In this document: piece after piece, positions 48,366-60,997 of the stretch
How the letters are laid out: each line of letters starts with the position of its first letter
How positions within the stretch are numbered: the stretch's first letter is position 1
From: Phoronis australis
Taxonomy: Eukaryota; Animalia; Phoronida
Direction: 5' to 3'
Assembly (NCBI GenBank): GCA_002633005.1
Contig: NMRA01000021.1
Span: forward strand, 985,454 to 1,049,453
DNA: 64,000 nucleotides
Translations under genes and position numbers: made by a program
Notes under the pieces: model-generated
Database searches by the model: none
What the model saw: the letters and a program-made list of their open reading frames with translations, nothing else
Told to the model about the DNA's origin: nothing

Positions 48366-49919
48366 TTCGTGGTACTACTAACATTTGATCACTTTGAACT
48401 CCTCGAGCATTTTCGTGAGCTCGAATTTCCCTCGTGTTTCATATCCTACGAGAGTGCGAACTAACAGTAGAAGAATTAAACGTGGACTTCAGCCTAACAT
48501 GTCTAAAAAGTTGTAAGCGACGTCATTAGCAACCCGTACAGTGCTCTTGGATACGAACCGCCAAAGGGCTCTTAAAGCGTTCCTACAATGGATTTTGGCA
48601 CTTTTTGAGGTTTTAGACCACAAAATGTAACTATAAAAGCACTTATTTTGAGAAGTAATTGAGCATCTTTTTGTGCGTTGAAATGTGCTTATTCAGTGTG
48701 TACCTTTGCTTAATCAAAACGTGGTATTGCTTAATCAACGTGCTGAATTGGTTCTTAAACGATTAGCTTTTTGCTCTTTTTCAACGCGCACTTTTGCATA
48801 ATCAAGGAGTAGTATTGTTTGAATAACGCAATGCATTAGTTATTCAACGCAGTGTCTTGTTTCTTTAAACGATTGTCTTTATGCTCTTACTCAGCGCGCA
48901 TTTTTGTTTCTCGATTTAAAGTTTACGTTTCCTAGAAGTTGACGGTCTTTCTGAAACAAGAACAACTGTCTATGAAAAGTCACTTGACTATAAAAATTCC
49001 GGGCATTCATGATTTTGAGCTGCAAATTTCTGCGATTTTTAAGCGTGATAGGATTCTATAATACAAACTCAAGTCTCATGTATAGGCAATGCGCAACTGC
49101 TCCCCCTTTTCGTTTCTTGAATCGCCAAAGGTTTCGAAATTCTTATTGTTAACGAGAACCGAGCACTCACCTACATGTATTAGTTTGTCACAGCTTGTCA
49201 TTTTATGCGCCGACCACGATCTGGAATAACCAACCGTCTGTTCGTTGCAATCCCAGATATCACTTCTCATTTGAGCGTAGGAACAACTTGAGGTCAATTT
49301 TATAGCAGCAAGTGGTCTAAATTGAAAGATCGCTTTTGGACGTTATTACATTGTATGGACGCTTTGTCATATACGCCTGGGGTCGGTGTCTACAGGTACC
49401 GCACTTCCCTAAGCAAATAGTACTGAAATCTACATATTTTTACATCTGGGTCTCGTTTTTTCGTGTTTATTAAAAGTCGTATGACTAAGTCTCAGCTTAA
49501 GATGGTCTTGTATTCCGTTTTCATTTGAATATATATTGCAGTTGATTGACGGGACTCGCTGCACAAAGCCCACGTCAGTTGAACATTTTTTTCAATACAA
49601 TTATTTACTCTTAAAGCATATCATTAATGAATAGTAGATACGGCTGGGGTTGGGTAGCCCCAACTACATATCTTTACAACTTACTAGAGTATGATACACT
49701 GTACATCATATTAATTGAACAAATAAGTATTTGAAAAATACTCCAAATGATTGGGCGAATAATTAGCCGAGAATAACATACAAAAGGGGGGGAACGGGAA
49801 GGGGAAGGACTTTCATACACTCATTCACACTCACATTCACAGTTTAATTAACTTATGTTTACATTTACGTAGGTGCATATTTGTGTAAAGGTCAATTTTC
49901 TTATAATACAACAGCAGTG

Positions 49920-52900
49920 GTTAAAAAATAACACCATATATTGTTTGAATCATTTTAAAGAGATGCCTACAAAAACCTTCACTGTTCTGAAGTTTTATCC
50001 GAGGCATTAAATACAATGAGGTTCACTGCATCAAAAAGTATAAATCTTAACTTATTAAAACAAGGTTGAGAACCATCTCTCGATAAATATAATGTTGGGC
50101 ATGAGTGTATATGGTATTGAAGATTTCACGATTGCCAAAGAAGCAAACTAAGAAGTGGTACATAGATGGCTCAGTATGTAAATTAAAAACTTTACTTATG
50201 AAATGATGTAAAGAATTCCAGAAACGCTTAACACAGAAGCAGCTGTAAAACATATGGTGAAAAGTCTGGACTTCGCCGCAGTAGGGGCATTGGTCTGTTT
50301 GTGAAATACCAAATATTTTTAACATTCTGTTTGTATAAATTCTTTTGTGAATGAAAAAGTATTTAAACATTGTCAAATGAGGATTTATGGGTAGATTGAA
50401 AGGAAGATTATACATTTCTTTAATTTGGCGTCTGTGTAATAGTTGAGTAAAAACGCATAATTATCTGGTTTAACAGAAAACTTGTGAATAAATGTGTTTT
50501 TGATCCATGAATTGGAACTATTGAAGAATAAAAATCTAATGTTATTACAACTAACAATCCTTCTATCCGACACGCTCAGAACTATGGTAGACGTATCCTT
50601 TAAGTTATAATTTTTCTTAATGCTTTCCCATTCAGGAAGTTTGTTCTGGCTTTCTAAAAAATCTTCACAAAATATGAGGCCTGCATTGTACAGATCTTGG
50701 TAATATAATGATTTACCGTTAACAGTTAAATTACAATTGTTCCATATTACTTGTTTGGCTATTGGTACCTCCTTGAAAATTTCAGGATTAAGAATATCCA
50801 AGGTAGTGAGAACATCTTTGTAAAAAGGGTTCTTAATTTCGCATTTTAGGGTTTTCAGTTGAAAATTGGGTGAAAAAATGAGGACACCGCCAATTCGACT
50901 GAAAAGATGCCTCGGGTATATTTTCCAACTTGCCTCATCCTCTGTATTAAAACGCTTGACCCAATTAAATAATAACTTTAACTTGATCAGTTCCGTGTTA
51001 GGATATTTCAAACCACCCTCTTGATGTGGCGAAATAGTCACGGTTTCTTTAATATTTGGTGGTTTATTTAACCAAATAAATTCTCTGATAAGTTTATTAG
51101 TTTCACGAATTCTTTTTTTGGTGATACCCATAGTTGACACCACATAAATGAGTTTCGTTAAACCAAAAGTTTTCGTAAGGAAGATTCTGCCTTTTATGAA
51201 CAAATTTCGTATTTTCCAAGTATTAAACAGGTCTTTAAGTTTTTGGATTTTATCATCAAAATTGAATTTTTCAGCGTCATCTCTTTTTCTGCCAAAGAAT
51301 ATTCCTAGACTTTTAATGGGCTTTTGGGGCCAGCTGATTCCGTAAACTGGTTTACGATTTCGGTGCATTGCTGAGGCAAACATCCATTGGCATTTTTCAA
51401 AATTCAGTCCAGATAATGTTCCAAAGTAATCTAAAAATCTAAAGCAGTTGCCAGATGCTAAGTCTTTAACCAAAAGAACTGTATCGTCTGCATACTGTGC
51501 AATTTTAATTTCATGGTTGGCTATTGTGTAGCCTCTAATTAATTCATTGCTTCTGATATACCTTCCAAAAGGTTTTGCAAAATTCATAGCTAATGTCATC
51601 ATTACCAGGCGTCTTGTTAGGTTTTGTCTCTAACAGATTCGTACAATTCTTCTTCTGTTAGATTTTTTTCTAAATCGTAAGAATCTGTCTGAGATAGCTT
51701 TTTATGTATTGGAAAATTAAAAAGGTCGATTGGGTACGTTCTTTCTCCGTTGCATTCTTCAATATCGGAGTATTTGTAATAGTTCACTTGCATATTCCGT
51801 ATGTTTGCTGCATCATGTATAATTTTAGCACAATCTTTAAGGGCGTTAATATGTTTTTGCTTGCTGTGGCGCAACTCTAGGTTTTTGAAATATTTTCCAT
51901 TCTCGCCTTGTTCTGCCCATTGTGTTTTACTACGCAGAATCGCGCCCTTTAATATTTTGGGTATGGATAATTTGCAAATCAATTTTGGCTTTTTGTAAAT
52001 CTTTTTTTAATTCCTCTGAAGGGTCGCTTTCCACCTTGGCTGTCAAAACGTTACTTTTTTCTATTAAAACAATTTCGTCAGAGCGGGTCTACATGTACTT
52101 TGCAACCTCTTTTGCAAAAGAGATTGAAGTTTTTCTTATTTCCATTTTAATTTATAATTCCTGCACTAAATTTTTGTCTTCAATATGTCGGTATTGAGTA
52201 CTATAAAATTCGACACATTTAGTTATTTTGTTTATATAACTAGTGTTAAATTTCCAAAGACCAGGACCTCTCTTCACATTTTCGGATATTTCAAAATGTA
52301 AAGTAATGGCAGAGTGGTCTGAAAACACAAAGTCATTAATAATGGCAACGTCTTTGACTGCTACTTCTCTGGAAATTAGCCACATGTCAATTCTACTTTG
52401 GCATGACATTCTTATCCCTCCAAGTGTACTTCCTCACACCTGGGTTATTTTCACGCCATACGTAGTACAACTTGAAATTAGATTTAAAAAGGTTGATGTT
52501 CTGTATTACAGGACTTTTCGTGGAATACACTAGGTTTCCTTTCTTATCTAAGTTTGTGGGAGCGCAGTTAAAATCACCAGCGCAAAGGATACTTTGGTTG
52601 TTTACAAAATTATGGAGTTCAAAATTACTGAAATCCAGAAATTCGACTCGTTTCCTGGTTTCATTTGGAAAGTACAGATTGAGTAAAATGCAATCTTGTT
52701 CTGCAACTTTGCAATTGAGAACATTGTGTCTACCGTAAGTATCGTTCTGGACTAATGATGGTTCAAAGTCCAAACGTGGATGAATTAAAATGGCAGTGCC
52801 TTTACTATGGTTAGTGCCGTGACTAGAAAATAGCGGACCACCCCACTCAAGTTCCCATTTATCAATGGAAGCAGGAACGCTGTGTGTTTCTTGTAAGTAA

Positions 52901-53004
52901 ACTATATCATAATTCTTTTGTTTCAACCATTTAAAGAGTTGAGCTCGTTTAATTTCAGAATTAATGCCTCGGACATTTATAGATAAGCACTTAATGTTAA
53001 CCAT
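49920..53004 (-). pseudogene. LINE ORF2 (apurinic-like endonuclease, reverse transcriptase, CCHC-type C-terminal domain), with several frameshifts and an internal deletion
   Basis: APE motifs SINVRG, YLQETH, AGDFN, YTW, SRIDMWL, SDH and GLWKFN; GAILRSK..W..GE; RT QYADDT, IKSLGI and EGGL; C-terminal CPYCGEVQTFHHMFYSC..VKRFW. The 3' end coordinate is approximate. Confidence 0.9.
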
Positions 53005-53253
53005 TTGGGGTTATACACGGGTTTCGGAGGCATCTCTTAACTAAGGTTACGCATAATAAGGTTAACATAAGAAGCTTAACTGTAGGTCCAAGATTTAAAA
53101 ATCTGATCATACAGAAAGGTACACAAAAGGGAAGGGGGTACAAAAGGATAAGGACGTAAAACATGATCATACTCGCAAGGCGATATCACCGGCTATTTCA
53201 TGAAATGGAGATCCAAAACGTCCAAGTGTCACGAAGAACAACGATTTGTATGA

Positions 53254-53856
53254 CTATAGTAGATCGCTTACACTTGTAAAAAGCTTTATTGTCTATTGTA
53301 ATAACGAAGATTCTTCCGTCTTTGGACCACGCAAACTTGACCTGGGGCTTTTTATTTACTGTCTTTAGTAGCAGGTAGTTCTGTGCAGTTAGGTCTTCGC
53401 TTATTTAGAATCTTGTGCCCTTGAGTTTCTTTCTCAAAGTGAAAACACTTTGTCTGTACCCGATAGCTGGTAAACTTAACAATGATTGGTCTAGGGTTGG
53501 GTTGATTTGCAGTAGTAGAACTTCTTAGTCTTCTTGAGGCCGTATCTGGGGGTGTTTTTCCTACTCGGTGAGCGCGGTCTATCTTATCCAGATCGATTGA
53601 CAGTTGAGATTTTCCTGAGAGTTTTTAACAATACGGTACTCGCAGTCCTCGTTTGGCTGTTCACCAATGCCGTGGATCCTAATCGAGAGTACTGTTCATA
53701 ATTATTCAACTTATTCTTTAACTCATGATTTTCCTGTCTTATTGCTTGTAAGTCATTCTTCAACTTTCCCAGTTCTTCTTCGAAGACTTCTTTAAAGGAC
53801 CGAATTATTCTATCTTCCATGGAATGGAGTCTCTTTTCTAGGTCAAGATCCGCCAT
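53254..53856 (-). pseudogene. L1-type ORF1 (coiled coil, RRM, CTD; Transposase_22-like), frameshifted
   Basis: Coiled coil ...LKNKLNNYEQYSR, then across frameshifts IRIHGI, IDRAHRVG, PRPIIVKF, ISEDLT and AWSKDGRIFV. These are canonical L1/Tx1 ORF1 motifs. Confidence 0.85.
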
Positions 53857-56447
53857 AGTAACGTGTGGACACTTCTATTCACAAATCTCCAAGTAATGAG
53901 AAGGGTTATGACTAAAATGCCGGTAACCTCAGGAGGGTGTTACGCAATCATTGATTAACTAGATGACCACCAGACAAAAAACACCAGGGGGGATTGAGGG
54001 AAACTTACAATGGCGGTATGTAACGTTTGATGGAATAGCTGTAAACTCGAAAGAGAAAGCTCACCAAATGACATGAAATGATCATGAAATGTTGTTTCCA
54101 GTTGAACGTTTAGATCTCAGAAAAAGCCGCATTCGCCACAGCGTGCCACGACGTGAGAAAACAGGCTCCTGGAGAAGGTTGCACAAAACAATTGCAATTG
54201 GAACTCGACTATTTCTCCTAAATTTCAAACTCTTGATATGTATAAAGCTAAAATTCCGCGTAGCCATGAGATAAAATAGACAACTAGAGTAATTTCCTCC
54301 CTGTGTTTGACAAAACAAAAGTCAGCGTTTTCTCTATGCTGCTATGATGAACTAAACTCTCGTTTCGCCGCGCAACTGACGCTCGTTCACCGAACCAGGA
54401 TCAAGATTAGTATGCGTGGGCATCAGTACGATCGTTCAGACATCTTTGTCGCGCTCCCAGTATTTTACGTTTTTTTTCTTTGACAATAAACAAACAAAGA
54501 TCTCGAATTGTACGGATGACGCCGATGTTGACTTTATCATGTCGGCGCCATCTGTTTTGTGCCAGAGATATGCCTTTCTTGTTATAGTTGTCACGGGACC
54601 TGGAATAGCGCGGTAACCAGTGCGACTCTGAGGCAGTGTAGTGCTGTGGAGAACGTTTGAAATAAAACGACACATCTTGATTTAATACAACCCGTGAAAC
54701 AGTTAGGTAGACGCACATGGGCAGAAAATGATTCAAACAAGATCGAATATATCTACACAATATGTAAAGAAGCTAAGCACGATCCTGAACGGATTCGTAC
54801 TCGAGAGTCCGTAAGAATACATGTCATGAGTAGATTTTGAATACCGTACGCACTGTTATTGAAGCGTAAGCCGTGGAATGATGGTCATTTTGAGAAGGGC
54901 CAATTCAAAGTCTGTTGTCCCTGTAAGAATGAAATCGACCTCCAATTTCAATAGTTCATAAATATTAACAGTAACTAAAAGCTGCTTGGGAAATAATACG
55001 ATTTTAACTCGGCAGATTAAATTACATTCACCATTAATTATAACCGCATGCCCAAGTGACTCAGAACAATGAAGGTTGTTGCAACCTTTCACAGAGGGCC
55101 TATTCCGCGCCTCTGCTAAGCTTCAATCATTAGCTCGGCCAGTCCCAGACAAGCGCTATCTGCAAATGCCCGGCACCAATTCCGACTCCTTACCCGCGTG
55201 TTAAAAACTCGAAACACACACCGAAATTATTCCATAGCCGATGAACTAACTCCAGTCCAGAACGAAGGTACCCGATTTATGAAAAATTTGCGGCAAGTTC
55301 GGAAAATACGGGAGAACAGGCGCAGGTGGTTTTAATTTGTTTCGTAGGCCTACTCCCTCATTCCGAAACCTTCGCTCATCGACTAGAAAGACGCCCTCAC
55401 GCATGAGTTTCGGCCAAGGCTCAGTGTTCTTTTTTTTTTTGAAAAGTTGCAGAAAGGCTCGCAAGAAAGTTTGAAGCGACATGATATGCAATGTGATGAG
55501 TATGAAACAAAACAAAAAACGCATCACTTTTACTCGACTCGGGTAGATTTTCTTTTTTGATGAAATGAGCAAAAATGCGGCACTATCGACTCGATATTCA
55601 AAGAAGACTAGAACAGACTGACTTTTTTGCCCTAATGCGATTGATTAAAAATGTTGGCAGACGGAGGCAAGCGCATTGGATGAGCACTGTTTACAACCAA
55701 CACATCTTATTTCAGAGAAAGTTTGCGACAAATCGTACAGGGAGAAGTCACGGTGCAGTAGCTCCCAACGCGTTCGGACTGGCGTAGAGATTTGCGTATG
55801 ACGAGTCCTACATACCTTGAGAGCTCGTATCACAAAATGCTTCCTAGCTTGAGCTTGAAAGTCAAGACTATCACTACATTCGTCATCTATGGTTACATCA
55901 TCATACCCAAATAAAGAACCCTCAACCAAGCACGCGCAAATTCGTAAAAAATTTTGGAAATCCAAAATTCATTTTTGTATAAATAATCTATAAAATCTCT
56001 TGAGCGTAGTTCGCACAGAGATCATATGGATATAATTTAAGTAAATGACTGTACTTCCACCGAACATGTTCAAAGTTTCACCGCAAATTACCTCCTGCAA
56101 CAAAGCAAAATGTCTTTCAATGCGCCACCACTCGACTTTGCAACAAAACAAAATGTCAAGACCACAGTTTCTTTTTCCATGCAAGGCCCTCTGAAACATC
56201 CATCAAATATCCTAGAACATACCCTAAACACAATCCGCTTGGTGCAACCTGATTAAGAGTACTTCCAAGGAAAAAAAGTTCAACGAAATCAAACGAATTT
56301 TTCACAATCATGTTTATTTTTGTTTTGTAACAAAGGATTATACCAAAAAAGATGAAACGTTGTCTGCTTAGTCTCCGATGGTTTAACCAAGTGAAAACAT
56401 CAACAGAATCTATTCACAACAACAAACTTTGGTATCATTTCAGTACA

Positions 56448-58333
56448 TCAGACTTCTAGATAAGTGAACTCCTTCACATCACCATCCCCCTCCAGTACAT
56501 ACACCTGCCCTGGGCCTGATGTACATATGGCTGTAAGACTGAAGACATCATCCCCCGTGGCCATCACGTGTGCACCTAACAAGTTACAGTCAGCCAAGAG
56601 AATGTGACCAACTGATCCACACACACACCCCACGGCACACCCAGTCCATCACTGAATGTGTGTATAACGGCCGGCTGTGTGGGGTCAATCACGTACACAC
56701 GTGGGGGTGTCAACTGGCTCACCACCACATGTCCAGTGTTCTCATCCAAACATATATAGCCTGGTGAGAACTTACTCAGACCCAGGGAGTGGGCGTCTAT
56801 TTGATGATGGACCTTACAATCAAAGTCGGTGTACAACACCCGTCCATCGTCTGTATCCGCCACTATCAGCTGGTCAGTGTGACATGTAATATACCCGTCA
56901 CCTTTATACACACCTGGGTAGACCTTCATCAGTAGACCTGCGGCGTCATACTTGACAACACCGTGAATGCCCCTGTCGGTGATTAAGATCTCACCAAGTC
57001 TGTTACATGTCACATCAAGGGGGGACTGCAGTCGATGTTGGGTGGAGTTTAACTTGAATTTCAATGTCAAGTCATTTCCGTTAAAAACCGCAGCATTATT
57101 GTTGTCACAGTATGCAACAATCAACATCCCATCACCCATTGCCAGTCCCCCACACCATGACCAGACTCTGCAGTCCTCCTCAAGCACGCTCTTAAATCTG
57201 CGCTTGAGTTGACCATGTTCTTTAACAGCCTGTTGAGAGGTCACATGATGGACAGGTGATACACTGGAAAATTCAACACTTGAGGCTATTCTTTTTGAAA
57301 ATTTGGATGAAATGTTTTCAGTTTGTAACTTTGTAACAACACCTAAAGGTAAATCTGGAATTGCAATTTTTTCACGCTGACATTCAAAAACTGTTTTTTT
57401 CACCTGGGTATCAATCTCATTAACATTCAAACTTTCAAGACATGACCTGATTTCATTGAAGTGTTGAAGTTTCTCAGCATCTTGTGCCGACTCAAGAATG
57501 TTATTGACATACTGTAAAACACTAGAGAATTTTAATCTGTTCATCTCAGCCTCGTCACAAGCAGCTCCTGCCTGTTTTCTCGCCACCTGTACTTGTACAT
57601 TCAACTCGTCAATAGATCTCTTTTCATGAACCTCGACTTCACGAGTGATTTCTGCCAGGAACACACGGTAGATTTGTTTGATTTTAGCCTCACAATCCGT
57701 TTTCTGGTGACTCAAGCTTTGTAGAAATTCCTTTCTTCGCTCACACAACAGTTCACAGTGCTCGGTCACATCTTGCCAAGCTTCCAGCAAGTTCCGCAGG
57801 ACTTCGCTTGCATTTTTGGAAGCCTCACTCAAATCTTTCAATTTGTGTTGGCTATGATTCAAAGAGAAGCAAAGCAAACACAAGGGCACCTGACATTGTT
57901 CACAGTAAAGTTCCAAGACCTTGTCTAAATGAACGGGGCAATACACTTTCTGGTGACGACGAATTTCCTCAGCGTGAAGACCGCTTTTTACTTCGTCTAA
58001 ACTGACCACCCAGTGGTTTTTTGTGAGGTTGGTCTTACAGTGAAAGTCACACTTTGACCCCTCTCCTTCCGACTCCGGAAAAAGTTCACCGAATTGGTAG
58101 AGAAATGTATTTTTTCTGAATCCAGTCACACCTTGTTTTGGAACTGGAAATTCTATAGTGCACAGGGGACATGGAAACTTGCCATCTTTTTCGTTCTCCA
58201 CCATGTGTCGCTCCAAGCACTTCTCACAGTAGGAATGAAGGCAAGGTAATATTCTGGGCTCTTTGTATTGCTCTAAACACAAGGGACATTCTAACATATG
58301 TCCGAGCTTCTCCATCTGTTCATTAGATGCCAT
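56448..58333 (-). CDS. TRIM2/TRIM3-like RING / B-box / coiled-coil / NHL-repeat E3 ubiquitin ligase, intronless CDS; frameshift near 56608 and shortened B-box1 (possible pseudogene or damaged allele)
   Basis: RING CPLC..LPCLHSYCEKC..CPLC, B-box2 CPVH..LYCEQCQVPLCLLC..HSQH, coiled coil, and NHL-like blades (LQSPLDVTCN..ILITD; FSPGYICLD; GLGVPWGVCVD). The last repeat continues in another frame (GHILLADC...EFTYLEV*, stop at 56448). ATG 58333 follows a CCCTTGCAG acceptor. AATAAA lies at ~56313-56318 on the minus strand. Confidence 0.88.
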
Positions 58334-59792
58334 ATTCTGCAAGGGACAGATGGTCGAATTACGAAAAATGACATGAGACATCACACAGCAACAACCAACA
58401 GCAGTAACTCCACCTGGTGTTAGGTTGTTTTAGCTGTAATGGTGAAAAGCTTGAACACACCCTGTGTAAACAATAATATACAAACTCAGGAACACACAAA
58501 CATCTACCTTAGAATTGTGCTAAGAACAACAGAATGTGAAAAAAAATTGAGTTCAAGCTCAAAAGACACAAACTCCCCAAATTATGGACATGGATTTTGT
58601 TATTTCAGTCGAGTTTGAATATGCTGTGGTGGAGAACACTGCACCTTAAATAAAAATTCCAAACTGACGATAGTCGAGTCTTCAATTAGGCCCGTATTCT
58701 ATCTTTTAGATGCATGCTCTAGACCGTCGTTTTCTTGTGATTTTAGTTAATTTTAAAAAAAATCAATTATGTTAACGTTTCTAACTAAAAATATGACTGA
58801 GGTAACTTAGTTGAAATTGGAGGTTCAGAGAGCTCCACGCTCATATTAAATGTTGCAGCAACCAGCTTGACAACAGTTGCTACACATTTGAATGGCCAGC
58901 AACCTATTTGAAAAAGTACGGTAGCAACCAGTTTTGAAAAAAGAATTGCCATCATACAATGTTCTCAACAGCTTGCTTAGAAATGTGATGTGTCCACTTA
59001 AATCATTTCCATATAGGCCCTCTTTTGACTAATATTAGATGAAAACAGGGGTGTGAGCACTTCACCCACAGATATTTTTGGAGTGTGCCACGCTTCACTG
59101 GCATAAAAATAATTTCACTGACCCATTGTGGTTGCATGGACAAAAATTATAACATGGCCCAAACTTGAGGTCATGATGTTCAGCCACACTCATGTTTTCT
59201 AAAATGATCCCTGAAACAGGAAGCTTAAATCAGAAATTGCACTTAACTCAAACCAGACAATCGCCTTGGCCACCATTGGCAGTGCTCGATTTGGCGACTT
59301 ACAGGTTGTGTTTGGTGACCTGGGAAAAACCCAAGTCGCCATGAAGTCGTTATTGCAAGTATCATCGTCAGACAATAATTCCCCCTAAATTCATTTCAAG
59401 GTTTGTGTTGACTTCCAACTTTTAATTACAGTTTTCTTAGATTTATTACCTTTGGTTCGCAAATGTTGTGTTTATTTCATGAAATCTTGTTTAACAAAAT
59501 CAATGCAGTAACCACCAGTCAGCACACACTAAACGCCTGCTTAAATTACGACAGGAAGTAAACAAATTTAGGTCGGTATTGTTCGGCAAAAATCGGGCAA
59601 GATCAGTGAACCACACGTCACCAGTGTACGCCATCGTCTGCATTCCATGTTTGTTCGTTGGTAGGAGGAATTGAGTTAGGGTTCAGGAATGGGGAGTGAA
59701 ATGTTCATTCAGGGGGAGAAATTGAAGAGGTATGAATGGAGTACGTTACTTTTATTTCTATGCCGGATTTGGAAACTCAGCTTTCATTTGGA

Positions 59793-59866
59793 GACCTGGA
59801 ATTTTAAGTTTTGGCGACCTGGAATTTCAAGTTTTTGCGACCTGGAATTTCAAGTTTTGGCGACCT
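59793..59866. repeat. Tandem repeat, 23-bp unit GACCTGGAATTTCAAGTTTTTGC, ~3 copies
   Basis: Directly visible. Confidence 0.85.
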
Positions 59867-60467
59867 CAGATTTTTGCCAAGTTGCCAAAAGCGACTTGTC
59901 ATTAAGCTAAGCAACGAGCGCTGAATGACCTTTTGAAAGTGAGGACTACAAAGTCTAGTGGCATTTTCTGCTCGAATCTCTGCATGGTCTTTACTACCCA
60001 TGTCCCAAGAGAGCCAACACAAGAAACTTATTTTCCAGCAGATTGACCTCTATTAGTGAGAATTGGACACAACCATACTGTTACAAAATAATCATGAACC
60101 TTCAATTGAGGGTAACATAGACCTGACCCACATAACACGAAGGTCAAGATGCAAAGGCCCTAATCCTCCGATTGAAGGCGGGACTATTTTCTTGTAAATG
60201 CAATGTTCAAGTCAGGCCATAGAATAGTGCAGCAAAGAATGATGTTTTTGAAACTTTGAGGGGAGACAATCTGGTAAGGTTGATGGACTTATTGTCGAAT
60301 CGGCATAAAGTACTAGCATCAAGTGGTTGTTCATGTTTTAAATACCCGCCGAAATTCTTGGACGAATCAGACATACAAAGGTCATGAACTCGTTGAAGTG
60401 CATAATTAGATAGAACGAGGTGCAAACTCTCAACCTTTAGTTTGTGATGCCCATATTTTGCAACTCA

Positions 60468-60997
60468 AGTTGCTTTCTCATTAGAGGTGAAACTTTGCTA
60501 AGTGGGAAAGATAAACTTCGGAAGTTGATCTGCAAGCGAAACTTCGCTGAAAATGGTAGGATTTAAAAGCGAAGCTTCAGTACTCACCGGAATTTCGGTA
60601 TAATGGGAAAGGTCAGAGCGAAACTTCGCCCAAGTTATTTGTAGAGGTTGCAGCAACGACATACGATCACACGAGACTCACAAAAACGTGTTCTCTGTTA
60701 TTGTAGCGTAGCCAATGTGCTCTCAATAGATGCACGTAAATAAATAAAAGAAAATAAATAACAGAGAGCATATCTAAGAATGACCCTGATCATTTTCATA
60801 AGCACTCATAAACAGCACGAGAACAATTTTCAGTTAGCCTCAAACACACTACTCAATATTTCAATATTCGTTTGAGACTACGAATGAACTGAATTGTCTG
60901 GTATCTTAACACCAACTTCAATATGACTAGTTAGAAAGGTTAACGAAGTTTCAGCAAAGCTTCAGCAAATCGAAGTTCCTCTAGTGGGAAAGCGACT
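60468..60997. mobile_element. 530-bp Harbinger-like MITE
   Basis: TIR AGT(T/C)GCTTTC(T/C)CA(T/C)TAGAGG, 3-bp TSD TCA on both sides, and internal (A)AACTTCG/CGAAG repeats. Confidence 0.7.

Larger units (their letters stand above)
49585..54098 (-). mobile_element. L1/Tx1-clade non-LTR retrotransposon, both ends present but decayed
   Basis: ORF1 and ORF2 (APE, RT, C-terminal zinc finger) are in order. A short A-tail appears as T7 at 49586-49592. The direct repeat CAGTTGAAC at 49576-49584 and 54099-54107 is a candidate TSD. Confidence 0.9.

Noticed and set aside
58334-58384. N-terminal extension of the 602-aa TRIM ORF
   Set aside because: It lies upstream of a good splice acceptor just before ATG 58333 and is likely intronic.
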